Assembly: GCA_947038265.1 (NCBI GenBank)
Contig: CAMQVP010000001.1
Location: 60,968-124,967, forward strand
Origin: an uncultured Roseburia sp.
Lineage (GTDB): Bacteria > Bacillota > Clostridia > Lachnospirales > Lachnospiraceae
Direction of reading: 5' to 3'
Length of the DNA stretch: 64,000 nucleotides
Under the pieces are notes generated by a model. The model saw only the letters and a list, made by a program, of their open reading frames with translations, made no database searches and was not told the DNA's origin. The stretch's first letter is position 1. Every line of letters begins with the position of its first letter. Position numbers and translations under genes: made by a program. Of this stretch, positions 1-9,362 are shown piece by piece.

Positions 1-1176
1 TAAGTTTTCTTTTTCCTGAATTTTCTGATATTTTTCCTGCGAATAGTGTTCCATTAAGGAAAAAGCCCGAAAAATATTTTTCCTTGCTTTTTTCGCCATG
101 CCGTTCATGGCTTTATGGCTCTGGTTAATCGCAATGGCGGGATATGCAAGGAAGCGTTCTTCTAACAGCTCAAAATCCGCAAGTTCTTCCTGTTCTTCTT
201 CGGAATCCTTTACCAGCCAGAACACAAAACGCTCAATCCATTTGATAAACGGCATAAGCACAAGTATCGTCGCTGTACGGAATACCGTATTTAAAAGGGC
301 AATCTGCACAGCTCCCATTTTTATATCCATAAAACTGAAATGGACGGCCGCATGTATGGAATAAAAGGCGACTGACCAGAATATCATGCCGAACAAGTCA
401 TTTAACAGGTAGATAAGGGCAGTGCGTCTGCCATTGTTATTTGTGCCGATGGCGGACAATAGAACCGGACACGCCGCGCCGACGCCGATTCCCATAATGA
501 CAGGAAGGGCAGTGGCAAAACTGATGGTTCCCGTCACAGACAATGCCTGTAAGATTCCTACGGACGCGGATGCGCTTTGAAGGACTGCCGTAATTAAAAT
601 TCCAATTAAGATTCCCATTGCCGGATTGGAAAACATCGTCAGCCCGTTAATAAAACGCGGATTTTCTTTTAATACTGCGACGGAACTGCTCATAGTCTGC
701 ATACCCGTCATTAAAATAGAAAACCCTAACATGATTTCGCCGACATTCCGGTAGGCTGCTTTTTTGATAAACATTTTAAATATAATGCCAATGATTGCGA
801 CGATTGCGGAAATGGTCGCCGTGGATAACAACTGGGCAATGCCTTCTGATCCTTCCACATAGGACAGGCAGAGAATCCAGCCTGTTATGCTTGTGCCGAT
901 GTTTGCGCCCATAATGATTCCGATTGCCTGCGAAACTTTCATCATGCCGGAGTTTACAAATCCTACCACCATCACTGTCGTAGCAGAAGATGACTGGATA
1001 ATTGCCGTAACCCCCGCCCCTAAAAGTATTCCTTTGAGCGGCGTGTTTGTCAGACGGTATAAAACCGGCTCTAATTTATTTCCCGCTACCCGCTTTAGGC
1101 CGTCCCCCATCAGTGACATTCCAAACAAAAACAGCGCTACGCCGCTCAAAAGCAATAAAATCGATGTAATTCCCAT
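1..1176 (-). CDS. Na+/phosphate (Na/Pi) cotransporter family protein. The N-terminal part is in the window and the C-terminus runs past the window start.
   Basis: An open reading frame on the minus strand runs from the ATG at 1176 to beyond position 1. The translation begins MGITSILLLLSGVALFLFGMSLMGDGLKRVAGNKLE and contains ...IIQSSSATTVMVVGFVNSG.... It has many hydrophobic helices and the duplicated SSSATT/SASASV motifs typical of NptA-type Na/Pi cotransporters. The ORF track does not list it because no stop codon falls inside the window. Confidence 0.75.
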   Translation of the reverse strand, partial: MGITSILLLLSGVALFLFGMSLMGDGLKRVAGNKLEPVLYRLTNTPLKGILLGAGVTAIIQSSSATTVMVVGFVNSGMMKVSQAIGIIMGANIGTSITGWILCLSYVEGSEGIAQLLSTATISAIVAIIGIIFKMFIKKAAYRNVGEIMLGFSILMTGMQTMSSSVAVLKENPRFINGLTMFSNPAMGILIGILITAVLQSASASVGILQALSVTGTISFATALPVIMGIGVGAACPVLLSAIGTNNNGRRTALIYLLNDLFGMIFWSVAFYSIHAAVHFSFMDIKMGAVQIALLNTVFRTATILVLMPFIKWIERFVFWLVKDSEEEQEELADFELLEERFLAYPAIAINQSHKAMNGMAKKARKNIFRAFSLMEHYSQEKYQKIQEKENL

Positions 1177-1280
1177 ATTTGTTTTCCTCATCATTGGTAT
1201 TTTTTGGCGTTCCCAAGATACGATTGTTATTATACATAGATGAATGAAGAATTACAAGCATATTTTTCGGAATGAAGCGT

Positions 1281-1568
1281 TTAGAAACGTGGCGTTACTT
1301 TTATATGGACAGTATCGCCTGTCTGTTTTTTGATTTTTGCCCTAATCTCCTTCCGGATTCCAATGATATAACAAATGGAGCCGTCCGGATTTTTCACTCC
1401 CATATTCACCACGCTCCCATCGTAAGGCTCTCCATCAAATTCCACATGGACTTTTACGCGTCCCGCCTGAAATTCTTCCCTCACGTCATAGGGGAATTTT
1501 ACATAGGCGCCGCCTTTTTGGCTTGCTTCATAAATTTCCGAATCATATTCGTAGATTTTTTCCTGCAT
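1281..1568 (-). CDS. DUF1905 domain protein, about 95 aa
   Basis: An internal ATG at 1568 is preceded by AGGGAGG. The product MQEKIYEYDSEIYEASQKGGAYVKFPYDVREEFQAGRVKVHVEFDGEPYDGSVVNMGVKNPDGSICYIIGIRKEIRAKIKKQTGDTVHIKVTPRF matches the DUF1905 pattern GRVKV...FDG.PY.GS...MG. Confidence 0.6.
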   Translation of the reverse strand: MQEKIYEYDSEIYEASQKGGAYVKFPYDVREEFQAGRVKVHVEFDGEPYDGSVVNMGVKNPDGSICYIIGIRKEIRAKIKKQTGDTVHIKVTPRF

Positions 1569-1584
1569 CTTTTTCCTCCCTATC

Positions 1585-2430
1585 CTATTCAGATAATGCC
1601 AGAACCGCCGCCAGGTTGCCGCGTCTGCCACAAGATGCGCGGTGGGAAAACAATAACTTCGGATTACAGCAGGTGCAGACATTCGTCACTGCTAAATGCG
1701 CGGGGAGGATACCGGCTTCTATTAATATTATTTCGTTGGCTTTCCATAAATTAAGCAAATATGCCCCGTTTTCTTTTTTGGTAAAAATTTCACGTTCCCG
1801 CCCGCCAAATCCCTCCAAAAACGCTTCCGCCACATCTTCTCCCACTTCATAGCAATTTGGGCAGATAGAAGGGCCTATGGCGCAAAGGACGTCTTTTGGA
1901 TCTGTATGAAATTCCTCCTGCATTTTTTTAAGCGTTTTTTGCCCGATTTTTGCGGCTGTCCCACGCCACCCGGAATGGCTTAAGCCAATCGCGCGATGAA
2001 CAGGATCGACGAAATAAAGGGGAACGCAGTCCGCATGGTAAGTCAAAAGAGTAACGCCCACATCGTTTGCCACCATTCCGTCCACACCGTGGAACCGTTG
2101 GGGATAGAGGATTCCGGTTCCGGCGTCCGTGTGGCTTATGCGGACTACATTTGCCGTATGCGTCTGGCTTAAACAGACAAAACTTTCATATTCCACCCCT
2201 AACGCCAAAGAGAGCCTTTTAAAATTTTCTTCCACGCGCGCGTTATCATCGCCTCTGGAAAAACTTAAATTCAAGCTTTCAAAAATCCCTTCGCTGACTC
2301 CGCCAAGGCGTGTCGTAAAAGCATGTTTGACAATTCCGCTCTCGGTAAGAAGTGGAAATTGAAACAGAGGAAGCATTTTAGCGTCTTGCATTGGAATATG
2401 GTTTAATTTCGGGATTGTTTCAGGCTGCAT
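1585..2430 (-). CDS. pgeF: PgeF/YfiH family peptidoglycan editing factor (purine-nucleoside phosphorylase / laccase-domain protein)
   Basis: The product carries ...FTTRLGGVSEGIFESLNLS..., HTANVV, TYHADCVPLY and SHSGWRG, which are the conserved YfiH/DUF152 motifs. The first codon of the ORF is TTG at 2481, so the ATG at 2430 (MQPETIPK), preceded by GAAAGGG, was chosen as the start. Confidence 0.75.
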   Translation of the reverse strand: MQPETIPKLNHIPMQDAKMLPLFQFPLLTESGIVKHAFTTRLGGVSEGIFESLNLSFSRGDDNARVEENFKRLSLALGVEYESFVCLSQTHTANVVRISHTDAGTGILYPQRFHGVDGMVANDVGVTLLTYHADCVPLYFVDPVHRAIGLSHSGWRGTAAKIGQKTLKKMQEEFHTDPKDVLCAIGPSICPNCYEVGEDVAEAFLEGFGGREREIFTKKENGAYLLNLWKANEIILIEAGILPAHLAVTNVCTCCNPKLLFSHRASCGRRGNLAAVLALSE

Positions 2431-2546
2431 TGTTAAAAACCCTTTCTTTTTTAATATAGTAGAAAACCGGTTAAATGGCAAAGACTTGAAATTTTCCTTT
2501 GAATAAAAAAAGAAACATAGATTTTTCTATGCTTCTTATCTTAGGA

Positions 2547-2630
2547 TGCCGGCGATGGGACTTGAACCCATACGACGTTGCCGCCAACAGATTTTGAGTC
2601 TGCCTCGTCTGCCAATTCCGACACGCCGGC
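2547..2630 (-). tRNA. tRNA-Leu, anticodon CAA
   Basis: The reverse complement reads GCCGGCGTGTCGGAATTGGCAGACGAGGCAGACTCAAAATCTGTTGGCGGCAACGTCGTATGGGTTCAAGTCCCATCGCCGGCA. It shows a 7-bp acceptor stem, the Leu-type D-loop GGAATTGGCAGAC, the anticodon loop CTCAAAA, a long variable arm and the T-arm GGGTTCAAGTCCC. CCA is not encoded. Confidence 0.85.
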
Positions 2631-2682
2631 TCTTTGTCCATTTTAACCGGACAAGTAGTATACTATCATATTTTTTTTAAAA

Positions 2683-3960
2683 TTACAAGTGTTTTTTGAT
2701 TTTTTCGTAAATATTAAAACAATCAAAGGTCGAAAAGTAATCTTTCGGGGTTTCTGCGCGGCGGATCAGCTCAAAGCTTCCGTCCTGCTTTAAGAGGATT
2801 TCAGCAGATTTAAGTTTCCCATTGTAGTTATAGCCCATTGCAAACCCATGGGCCCCTGTATCATGGATTACTAAAAGATCTCCAATCTCAATTTTAGGAA
2901 GCATCCGGTCCACTGCAAATTTGTCGTTATTTTCACAGAGGGAACCTGTAATATCGTATTTATGGTTACATACGGAATTGTCTTTTCCCATTACAGTAAT
3001 ATGGTGGTATGCGCCATACATTGCCGGCCGCATAAGGTTGACCGCGCAGGCATCTACGCCAATATACTCTTTATAGGTATGTTTTTCATGGATTGCTTTC
3101 GTCACAAGGCATCCATACGGTCCCATCATAAAACGCCCCATTTCTGTATAAATCGCCACATCTCCCATTCCGGCGGGAACTAATGTTTCTTCATAAACTT
3201 TCCTTACGCCTTCTCCGATTACGCGTATGTCATTCGGGGTTTGGTCTGGGGAATAGGGAATGCCCACTCCGCCAGATAAGTTGATAAAACGAATGTCGCA
3301 TCCCGTCTCCCGTTTTAACTCCACTACTGTTTCAAACAGGGTTTTCGCTAAAATCGGATAGTAATCGTTTGTCACGGTGTTGCTCGCTAAAAATGCGTGC
3401 ACGCCGAAATTTTTAACGCCTTTTTGTTTTAGTATTTTAAATCCTTCGATAAGCTGTTGTTTGGTAAATCCATACTTCGCATCTTGCGGGTTGTCCATAA
3501 TGGCATTGCTGATTTTAAACACGCCGCCCGGATTATAGCGGCAGCTTATTGTCTCCGGCAGTTTCCCGATGGTCTGTTCTAAAAAATCAATATGGGTAAA
3601 ATCATCTAAGTTAATGACCGCCCCTAATTGATCCGCAAAAGCAAATTCTTCAGCGGGGGTGTCATTGGAAGAAAACATAATGTCATGGCCTGAGAAGCCA
3701 ATCGCCTCAGAGAGCATAAGCTCTGTCATGGAAGAACAGTCTACGCCGCATCCATATTCCTTAAGGATTTGAATTAAAAATGGGTTTGGGGTTGCCTTTA
3801 CTGCAAAATATTCACGGAAGCCCGCATTCCATGCAAAAGCTTCTTGGACGGCTTTCGCATTTTCACGGATTCCTTTTTCATCATATAAATGGAATGGGGT
3901 CGGATATTCTTTTATGATTTCCTGTAATTTTTCTTGGGTTGCGAATGGTTCTTTTTTCAC
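2683..3960 (-). CDS. PLP-dependent fold-III decarboxylase (Orn/DAP/Arg decarboxylase family; diaminopimelate decarboxylase-like)
   Basis: The ORF is about 425 aa and contains ...TPFHLYDEKGIRENAKAVQEAF...YFAVKATPNP...GCGVDCSS.... The likely start is the GTG at 3960, preceded by AAAAGGAGAAAG at 7 nt spacing. The upstream ATG at 4005 has no ribosome-binding site. Confidence 0.7.
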   Translation of the reverse strand: MKKEPFATQEKLQEIIKEYPTPFHLYDEKGIRENAKAVQEAFAWNAGFREYFAVKATPNPFLIQILKEYGCGVDCSSMTELMLSEAIGFSGHDIMFSSNDTPAEEFAFADQLGAVINLDDFTHIDFLEQTIGKLPETISCRYNPGGVFKISNAIMDNPQDAKYGFTKQQLIEGFKILKQKGVKNFGVHAFLASNTVTNDYYPILAKTLFETVVELKRETGCDIRFINLSGGVGIPYSPDQTPNDIRVIGEGVRKVYEETLVPAGMGDVAIYTEMGRFMMGPYGCLVTKAIHEKHTYKEYIGVDACAVNLMRPAMYGAYHHITVMGKDNSVCNHKYDITGSLCENNDKFAVDRMLPKIEIGDLLVIHDTGAHGFAMGYNYNGKLKSAEILLKQDGSFELIRRAETPKDYFSTFDCFNIYEKIKKHL

Positions 3961-4193
3961 TTTCTTTCTCCTTTTCGTTTGCGGTATCTTGGTTGATTTT
4001 AGCATATGAAAACAGGAAATTCAAGTAGCGATCACAGACACTGGCACGATCGTATAGGCAGACACACATTCATTTTTACGCCTGTCTGCATCTTAGTTTA
4101 TCTTTTTTAGATACTGCATGAAAGTGGTTTGCCGTTTTTTTGCTGAAGGACAATTTCACATCGGACAAGCTCATGCCAACTGTAATTTCTGGT

Positions 4194-4222
4194 TGATTTT
4201 CCTTTTCCCATACGCTATAATG
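4194..4222 (+). promoter_or_regulatory. sigma-A-type promoter for the TetR gene
   Basis: TTGATT, then 17 nt, then TATAAT (TTGATTttccttttcccatacgcTATAAT). It sits about 60 nt upstream of the ATG at 4283, and an AT-rich dyad (ttatataactaatttatattaa) lies just downstream. Confidence 0.5.
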
Positions 4223-4282
4223 CCATTGCATAAACATTTTATATAACTAATTTATATTAAATTTACAGAAAGGACTGTATAT

Positions 4283-4861
4283 ATGCCAAAACAGAGGATT
4301 ACAAAAGAAATGATTGTGGACGCCGCTTTTGAAATAGCAAAAACAGAAGGCATGGAACAGGTTTTAATTAAAAACATCGCAAAGAAAATTGGCTGTTCCG
4401 TCCAGCCGGTTTACACTTATTGCGCAAATATGGAAGGTCTTCGGAAAGAAGTGGAAAAGAAGGCTTGTGAAGTTATACGCGCATTTATCGAAAAGCATAT
4501 TGTAAAAGAAGACTTGTTCCACAGTACGGGACAGGCGTATGTCCGTCTTGCGAAAGAAAATCCGCATTTGTTCCGATTGTTTCTTTTACATAAAAGAGAG
4601 GGAATTTCTTCATTAGATGAGTTGCTCCAGTCTGAGACAAATCCGGCAGTTGCCGGATTTATCGCAGATACGTTTTCCATTTCTTTAGAACAGGCAAAAC
4701 AGCTTCATTTGAATTTACTTATTTACACGATTGGAATTGGGACAATTTTTGCTTCTTCCGAAATTTGCGCGGAGGAAATTTTTTCCCAGCAGGAATATGC
4801 TTTTAAGGCTTTTCTAAAAGCAAGCATGGATCAAAGAAAGGAGAATGGACATGAAACATAA
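4283..4861 (+). CDS. TetR/AcrR family transcriptional regulator
   Basis: N-terminal helix-turn-helix ...IVDAAFEIAKTEGMEQVLIKNIAKKIGCSVQPVYTYCANMEGL..., about 190 aa. Confidence 0.85.
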   Translation: MPKQRITKEMIVDAAFEIAKTEGMEQVLIKNIAKKIGCSVQPVYTYCANMEGLRKEVEKKACEVIRAFIEKHIVKEDLFHSTGQAYVRLAKENPHLFRLFLLHKREGISSLDELLQSETNPAVAGFIADTFSISLEQAKQLHLNLLIYTIGIGTIFASSEICAEEIFSQQEYAFKAFLKASMDQRKENGHET

Positions 4862-5402
4862 AATTTTGATTCTTTATAAAAGCGTTACGGGATTTACAAA
4901 AAAATACGCAGACTTTATCGCAAAAGAAACCGGAGGAACGGCGGTTGATTTTAAAAAAGCGGACCCAAAAACGCTGCATGGATATGACTGCATTATTTTT
5001 GGCAGCCGCGCGCATGCGGGAAGAATAGATGGATTGGGGAAACTTCGGAAACTTTTAGCGGGAAATTTCTCTGGCAGGCTGATTTTATTTGTGACTGGCG
5101 CTACGCCAAATTCTGAAGAAGATTCCATTTTAGAATTTTGGAAACAAAATCTGACGGCTGACGAGCAAAAACATCTTCCCCACTTTTATTTTCAGGGCGG
5201 ATTGTGTTATGAAAAAATGCCTCTGGCGGACAGGCTAATGATGAAAGCGGCGTCTCTTATGCTTCAAAAGAAAAAGAAGAAAAACGCTTCTGACCTTGCT
5301 TTCGAACAGGCAATCCAAAGCTCGTATGACATTTCTTCGGACATTTATGCGAAACCCCTAATCTCCTATCTTGTCCGTTCCGGTTTTTGTGATGCGAAGT
5401 AA
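4851..5402 (+). CDS. flavodoxin-like domain protein
   Basis: MKHKILILYKSVTGFTKKYADFIAKETGG...CIIFGS... is a flavodoxin-fold N-terminus. The ATG at 4851 is preceded by AAAGGAGAA and overlaps the end of the TetR gene, so the two are probably an operon. Confidence 0.6.
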   Translation: MKHKILILYKSVTGFTKKYADFIAKETGGTAVDFKKADPKTLHGYDCIIFGSRAHAGRIDGLGKLRKLLAGNFSGRLILFVTGATPNSEEDSILEFWKQNLTADEQKHLPHFYFQGGLCYEKMPLADRLMMKAASLMLQKKKKKNASDLAFEQAIQSSYDISSDIYAKPLISYLVRSGFCDAK

Positions 5403-5448
5403 AATACCAAAGAAAAACGCAGATGGCGTCGTCAAAAGACCATCTGCG
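5402..5448 (-). terminator. rho-independent terminator after azlD
   Basis: On the minus strand: CGCAGATGGtcttttgacgacgCCATCTGCG followed by TTTTTCTTTGG. The stem is 9 bp and overlaps the last azlD codons. Confidence 0.55.
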
Positions 5449-5764
5449 TCAAAACCATATACAATACTGTTCCCACTCCAATGCTTAACAGATTGTTTCT
5501 TTTCCAGATATGCAAAATGATTACTGTGGCTGTGGAAATCAATTCCGGCGCGGCGTGTGACGCAGACATTAGATTCATGTCTTTCAAACAATAAATCACT
5601 AACATCCCGATGACAGCCGGCGGAAGCGCGGCTCCTAAATACTTTACCAAAGGAGGGATTTCTTTCCCCTTTGGAAAAAGAAGAAACGGAATTGCCCGCG
5701 TTGCAAACGTCGTAACCGAAACAACTGCAATAATCAAAAGGGACCGCATTATGCTTACTGGCAT
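5432..5764 (-). CDS. azlD: AzlD branched-chain amino acid exporter small subunit
   Basis: 110 aa, four hydrophobic helices, begins MPVSIMRSLLIIAVVSVTTFATRAIPFLLF, and lies immediately downstream of azlC. Confidence 0.7.
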   Translation of the reverse strand: MPVSIMRSLLIIAVVSVTTFATRAIPFLLFPKGKEIPPLVKYLGAALPPAVIGMLVIYCLKDMNLMSASHAAPELISTATVIILHIWKRNNLLSIGVGTVLYMVLTQMVF

Positions 5765-5766
5765 TC

Positions 5767-6486
5767 CTATTCCCCCCTTTCACCCTTTTTTTCTATATGG
5801 CTCCTGCCAAAGACCAGACAGGCCATAATGCAAATCATAGACGGAAGGACAAAATTATCCCGCCCAAACGCCAAACGGAACAAAACCGTCGACAAAACCC
5901 CAATCACAGCCGGAATCCGTTTGCCGCCGGAAAGCCACTGCTCCACAAAAATCACAAGGAACAGAGCCGTCATTGCAAATTCAATGCCCTGCGCGTCAAA
6001 CGGAATCAGCGCCCCCGCCATTGCGCCAATCGCAGAGCCTAACACCCAATACCCCTGATCCAGCAACGCGACTGCAAACAAAAATTTATCCTCTGGAACG
6101 TCCTTTGGGATCTTAGCCGCGCAAAGAAGCGAATACGTTTCATCTGTCAGCGAAAAAATCATATAAAGCCTTTTTTTGCCCATGCGGCCAAACTTTTCCA
6201 AGAGGGAAAGGCCATAAAATATATGACGCACATTTACCATAAATGTCATAAAAATCATATCCCAGAAACCAACCTGCGGGGCAAAAAAATTTACGGCAAG
6301 ATACTGCCCGCTCCCAGCGTATACTACCATGCTCATAAAAACCGCCCACAAAAAATTATATCCTTTTTCCTGAAACATTACGCCAAACGCCGTTCCAATG
6401 AACAGATAGCCGGTAAACACCGGAATCGTATACGGAAATGCCGCGCGAAACGCTTTTGCATATCCGCCCGTCCTCTTTTGTTCCAT
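5767..6486 (-). CDS. azlC: AzlC family branched-chain amino acid permease
   Basis: 239-aa membrane protein containing ...GYLFIGTAFGVMFQEKGYNFLWAVFMSMVVYAGSGQYLAVNFF.... Confidence 0.8.
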   Translation of the reverse strand: MEQKRTGGYAKAFRAAFPYTIPVFTGYLFIGTAFGVMFQEKGYNFLWAVFMSMVVYAGSGQYLAVNFFAPQVGFWDMIFMTFMVNVRHIFYGLSLLEKFGRMGKKRLYMIFSLTDETYSLLCAAKIPKDVPEDKFLFAVALLDQGYWVLGSAIGAMAGALIPFDAQGIEFAMTALFLVIFVEQWLSGGKRIPAVIGVLSTVLFRLAFGRDNFVLPSMICIMACLVFGRSHIEKKGERGE

Positions 6487-6687
6487 TTCCTCCCCCTCTT
6501 TCCAGAAAATTCACATGGTAACTCTACACCATATAATAGGAAAATTCAATATTTTTTTTCAAGCGTTTTTTCTTTTCCATATACTGTAAAAATGCCACTG
6601 TCTGACAGGCAAATATGACTTCGTTTCTAAAAAAGAACCGGAAAGTTTCCTGAATCTAAAAAAAACGCTTCATTTTCGCAAAAAATA

Positions 6688-6696
6688 TGGTATACT
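6688..6696 (+). promoter_or_regulatory. extended -10 promoter element (TGGTATACT)
   Basis: TGnTATACT lies about 25-40 nt upstream of the candidate starts of the transglycosylase gene. The first ATG of the track ORF (6687) overlaps this element and so is unlikely to be the true start. Confidence 0.4.
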
Positions 6697-6734
6697 ATAA
6701 AAACACGATGACAGACGAAAGGATGTATGAAACT

Positions 6735-7541
6735 ATGCCAGCTATTTCAGCTTTAGAAGCATTAAACGCTGCGGTGTCCGCTTCCAATCAAATGCAGAGA
6801 AATTCCGCCAGCGAAGCAGATTTCTCCTCTTTTCTGAAAACAGAAAAAACCTTAGAAGACATCTACACGGAAGCGTCCCAGACCTATGGCGTATCCGTTG
6901 ACCTTTTAAAAGCAATGACAAGGCAGGAATCGAATTTTAACCCGAACGCCACCAGCAGAAGCGGCGCGCAGGGCCTTATGCAGCTAATGCCGGCGACCGC
7001 AGCAAGCCTTGGCGTGACAAACGCCTATGACCCTTACCAAAATATTATGGGCGGGGCGCAGTACATACGCAAAATGTTAGATAAATACAACGGAAACGTT
7101 TCCCTTGCATTAGCCGCCTATAATGCAGGCAGCAACAATGTGGACAAATACGGCGGCATCCCGCCTTTTGCGGAAACGCAAAACTATGTCGCGAAAATCA
7201 CGCAGTACCTTGCGGAAGGCGTGGACATACCGGATTCACAGACAGTCTATACGGCAGAAAGCAAGATAAAAGGCGACGCATCCGTTTCCTACCGGGATTT
7301 AAACAACTTAGCGGGAGAAATCCTGACGGAAATTTTTTCCTATGACGATTATATGAACTATCTTTCATCCCTGCTCGGACAAGACAAAACAGGCCTTGCC
7401 CTCTCCTTGTCCATCACTTCCTCATCTAACGAAAAAGATGAGGACAAAACCCAAGCCGAACCGGACAGTTATATCGCCTATGAAACCCTTTCAAACGGCG
7501 TAAAACCCGATTCTTTGACCGAAAAAACTGAACTAATCTAA
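6735..7541 (+). CDS. lytic transglycosylase (SLT domain) protein
   Basis: ...ESNFNPNATSRSGAQGLMQLMPATAASLG...AYNAGSNNVDKYGGIPPFAETQNYV... is the SLT catalytic motif. The start is ambiguous, at 6723 or 6735, and a GAAAGGA box lies at 6717-6723. Confidence 0.7.
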   Translation: MPAISALEALNAAVSASNQMQRNSASEADFSSFLKTEKTLEDIYTEASQTYGVSVDLLKAMTRQESNFNPNATSRSGAQGLMQLMPATAASLGVTNAYDPYQNIMGGAQYIRKMLDKYNGNVSLALAAYNAGSNNVDKYGGIPPFAETQNYVAKITQYLAEGVDIPDSQTVYTAESKIKGDASVSYRDLNNLAGEILTEIFSYDDYMNYLSSLLGQDKTGLALSLSITSSSNEKDEDKTQAEPDSYIAYETLSNGVKPDSLTEKTELI

Positions 7542-7562
7542 GTGAAAGGAGCCCTGACCGAT

Positions 7563-8573
7563 ATGAAAAACCTGATTATTCCAGATAACTATGAATCCAC
7601 GCTCAACCTGCACGATACACAGATTGCCATAAAAACCGTCAAAGATTTTTTCCAAAATCTTTTATCAGAACGGTTAAACCTTGCCCGCGTATCGGCTCCT
7701 CTGTTCGTCGATCCGGACACCGGATTAAACGACAACCTAAACGGCGTGGAACGCCCGGTATCATTTGGCATTAAAGAACAGAACGAAAAACAAGCCGAAG
7801 TCGTGCATTCCCTTGCAAAATGGAAACGCTTTGCGCTTGAGAAATATGGATTTTCCATCGGTGAAGGCCTCTATACTGATATGAACGCGATCCGGCGGGA
7901 CGAAGATACGGACAATATCCATTCTATCTTTGTAGATCAATGGGACTGGGAAAAAGTCATTGCAAAAGAAGACCGGACATTGGATTTCCTAAAAGAAACC
8001 GTGCGCGCCGTATATAAATGCCTGAGAAAAACGGAAAAATATATGTCGATCCGTTATGATTACATTGAAGAAATCCTTCCACATGACATTTTCTTTGCCA
8101 CGACAAGCGAACTGGAAGATTTATATCCCGATTCCACGCCAAAAGAACGGGAATATCAAATCGCCAAAGAAAAAGGCGCCGTCTGCATTATGCAGATTGG
8201 CGATAAATTAAAAAATGGAAAGCCGCACGACGGCCGCGCGCCGGATTACGACGACTGGGCTTTAAATGCTGACATTGTCGTCTACTATCCTGTGCTCGAC
8301 ATTGCGCTGGAACTTTCGTCTATGGGAATCCGCGTGGATAAACGCGCATTGCTTTCCCAGTTGGAAAAATCAGGCTGCATGAATCGCGCAGAACTGCCAT
8401 TCCAAAAAGCCGTAATTGAAGGCAGCCTTCCATTTACGATTGGCGGAGGCATCGGCCAGTCCCGCATTTGTATGTTTTTCCTGCGGAAAGCCCATATCGG
8501 AGAAGTACAATCCTCTCTTTGGCCCAAAGACATTCTTGCAGAATGCAATGCGCATGGAATCCTTTTACTGTAA
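7563..8573 (+). CDS. asnA: aspartate--ammonia ligase (asparagine synthetase A)
   Basis: MKNLIIPDNYESTLNLHDTQIAIKTVKDFFQNLLSERLNLARVSAPLFV...SIFVDQWDWEKVI... shows AsnA-type class II synthetase motifs. GAAAGGAG lies 9 nt upstream of the ATG at 7563. Confidence 0.9.
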   Translation: MKNLIIPDNYESTLNLHDTQIAIKTVKDFFQNLLSERLNLARVSAPLFVDPDTGLNDNLNGVERPVSFGIKEQNEKQAEVVHSLAKWKRFALEKYGFSIGEGLYTDMNAIRRDEDTDNIHSIFVDQWDWEKVIAKEDRTLDFLKETVRAVYKCLRKTEKYMSIRYDYIEEILPHDIFFATTSELEDLYPDSTPKEREYQIAKEKGAVCIMQIGDKLKNGKPHDGRAPDYDDWALNADIVVYYPVLDIALELSSMGIRVDKRALLSQLEKSGCMNRAELPFQKAVIEGSLPFTIGGGIGQSRICMFFLRKAHIGEVQSSLWPKDILAECNAHGILLL

Positions 8574-8651
8574 AACAAATCAGGGTACGAAATTCATAAT
8601 GTTCCGGCGGATTTTCAGCGGCAAGGAGGACAGTTCTGATCTATTTTCTAT

Positions 8652-9347
8652 CTAAAAAACAGCTCCGTCTTCCTCCGCTAAAAATCCCGCCCCTTCTAAA
8701 ACTTTCCTCGTCTTTTTCAGATTTCTCTGCCCAAATACCTGAATATAACCGCCCTTCACACGCGTCTTCTTTCCAAACGCCTCCCGCATCTGCCCGCAGT
8801 CCACAAAAATCCGGTTCCCCTGCTCCTCTAAAATTCCGCCAATTTTAGCTTTCCGTTCCTCCCCGCTTTCATCTGTCACAGTCACTTCAAGCTCCTCAAA
8901 TTTCGCCCTCCATCTATCGGATTGGCTTTTTAACGGTGGATTCCCGTCCTTGTCCGCCAAAGAATCAAAAAACTCCTCTCCGACCAAAAGTATGAGTGTA
9001 TTCCCAAAACAAACCTCTTTCGAAAACGAGGAAAAACGAAACTCCTCTTTTTCCATCTCCACTCCCTCCAAAACTCCTTCCATCGAAAAAGAATCCAAAA
9101 CAACTGTAACCGTAACTGTCCAAACAGGCTCAAATGAACAAAGCCCCGGCAGTTTCTGAAACTCCTCCAAGATCTCCTCTGTCAAATCCCTCTCAGCAAA
9201 CACCCGCATTCCATATATTCTCTCCTCAATCCAATACGCTTCCAACTTCCCCCAAAAAAACCAGACAGCCAATCCGGCCACTCCAGCCCAGACAATGATC
9301 CGATACACATTCTTTTCCTTCATGCCAGCCGCCACTTTCCTTTCCAT
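8652..9347 (-). CDS. hypothetical membrane-anchored protein (one N-terminal transmembrane helix)
   Basis: 231 aa. It has no recognisable motif and is the last gene of the two-component/ABC operon. Confidence 0.45.
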   Translation of the reverse strand: MERKVAAGMKEKNVYRIIVWAGVAGLAVWFFWGKLEAYWIEERIYGMRVFAERDLTEEILEEFQKLPGLCSFEPVWTVTVTVVLDSFSMEGVLEGVEMEKEEFRFSSFSKEVCFGNTLILLVGEEFFDSLADKDGNPPLKSQSDRWRAKFEELEVTVTDESGEERKAKIGGILEEQGNRIFVDCGQMREAFGKKTRVKGGYIQVFGQRNLKKTRKVLEGAGFLAEEDGAVF

Positions 9348-9362
9348 TCTAATCTGTCATTC

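Noticed and set aside
98-364. 88-aa plus-strand ORF
   Set aside because: It lies antisense inside the clearly homologous Na/Pi cotransporter reading frame. It has low complexity and no ribosome-binding site.
1272-1852. Plus-strand ORFs 1272..1754 and 1523..1852
   Set aside because: They are antisense to the DUF1905 and PgeF genes, which have recognisable family motifs. They are artefacts of the opposite strand.
5358-5783. 141-aa minus-strand ORF overlapping azlD
   Set aside because: It is an alternative frame of the azlD/azlC region. The AzlD frame shows the expected four-helix membrane protein.
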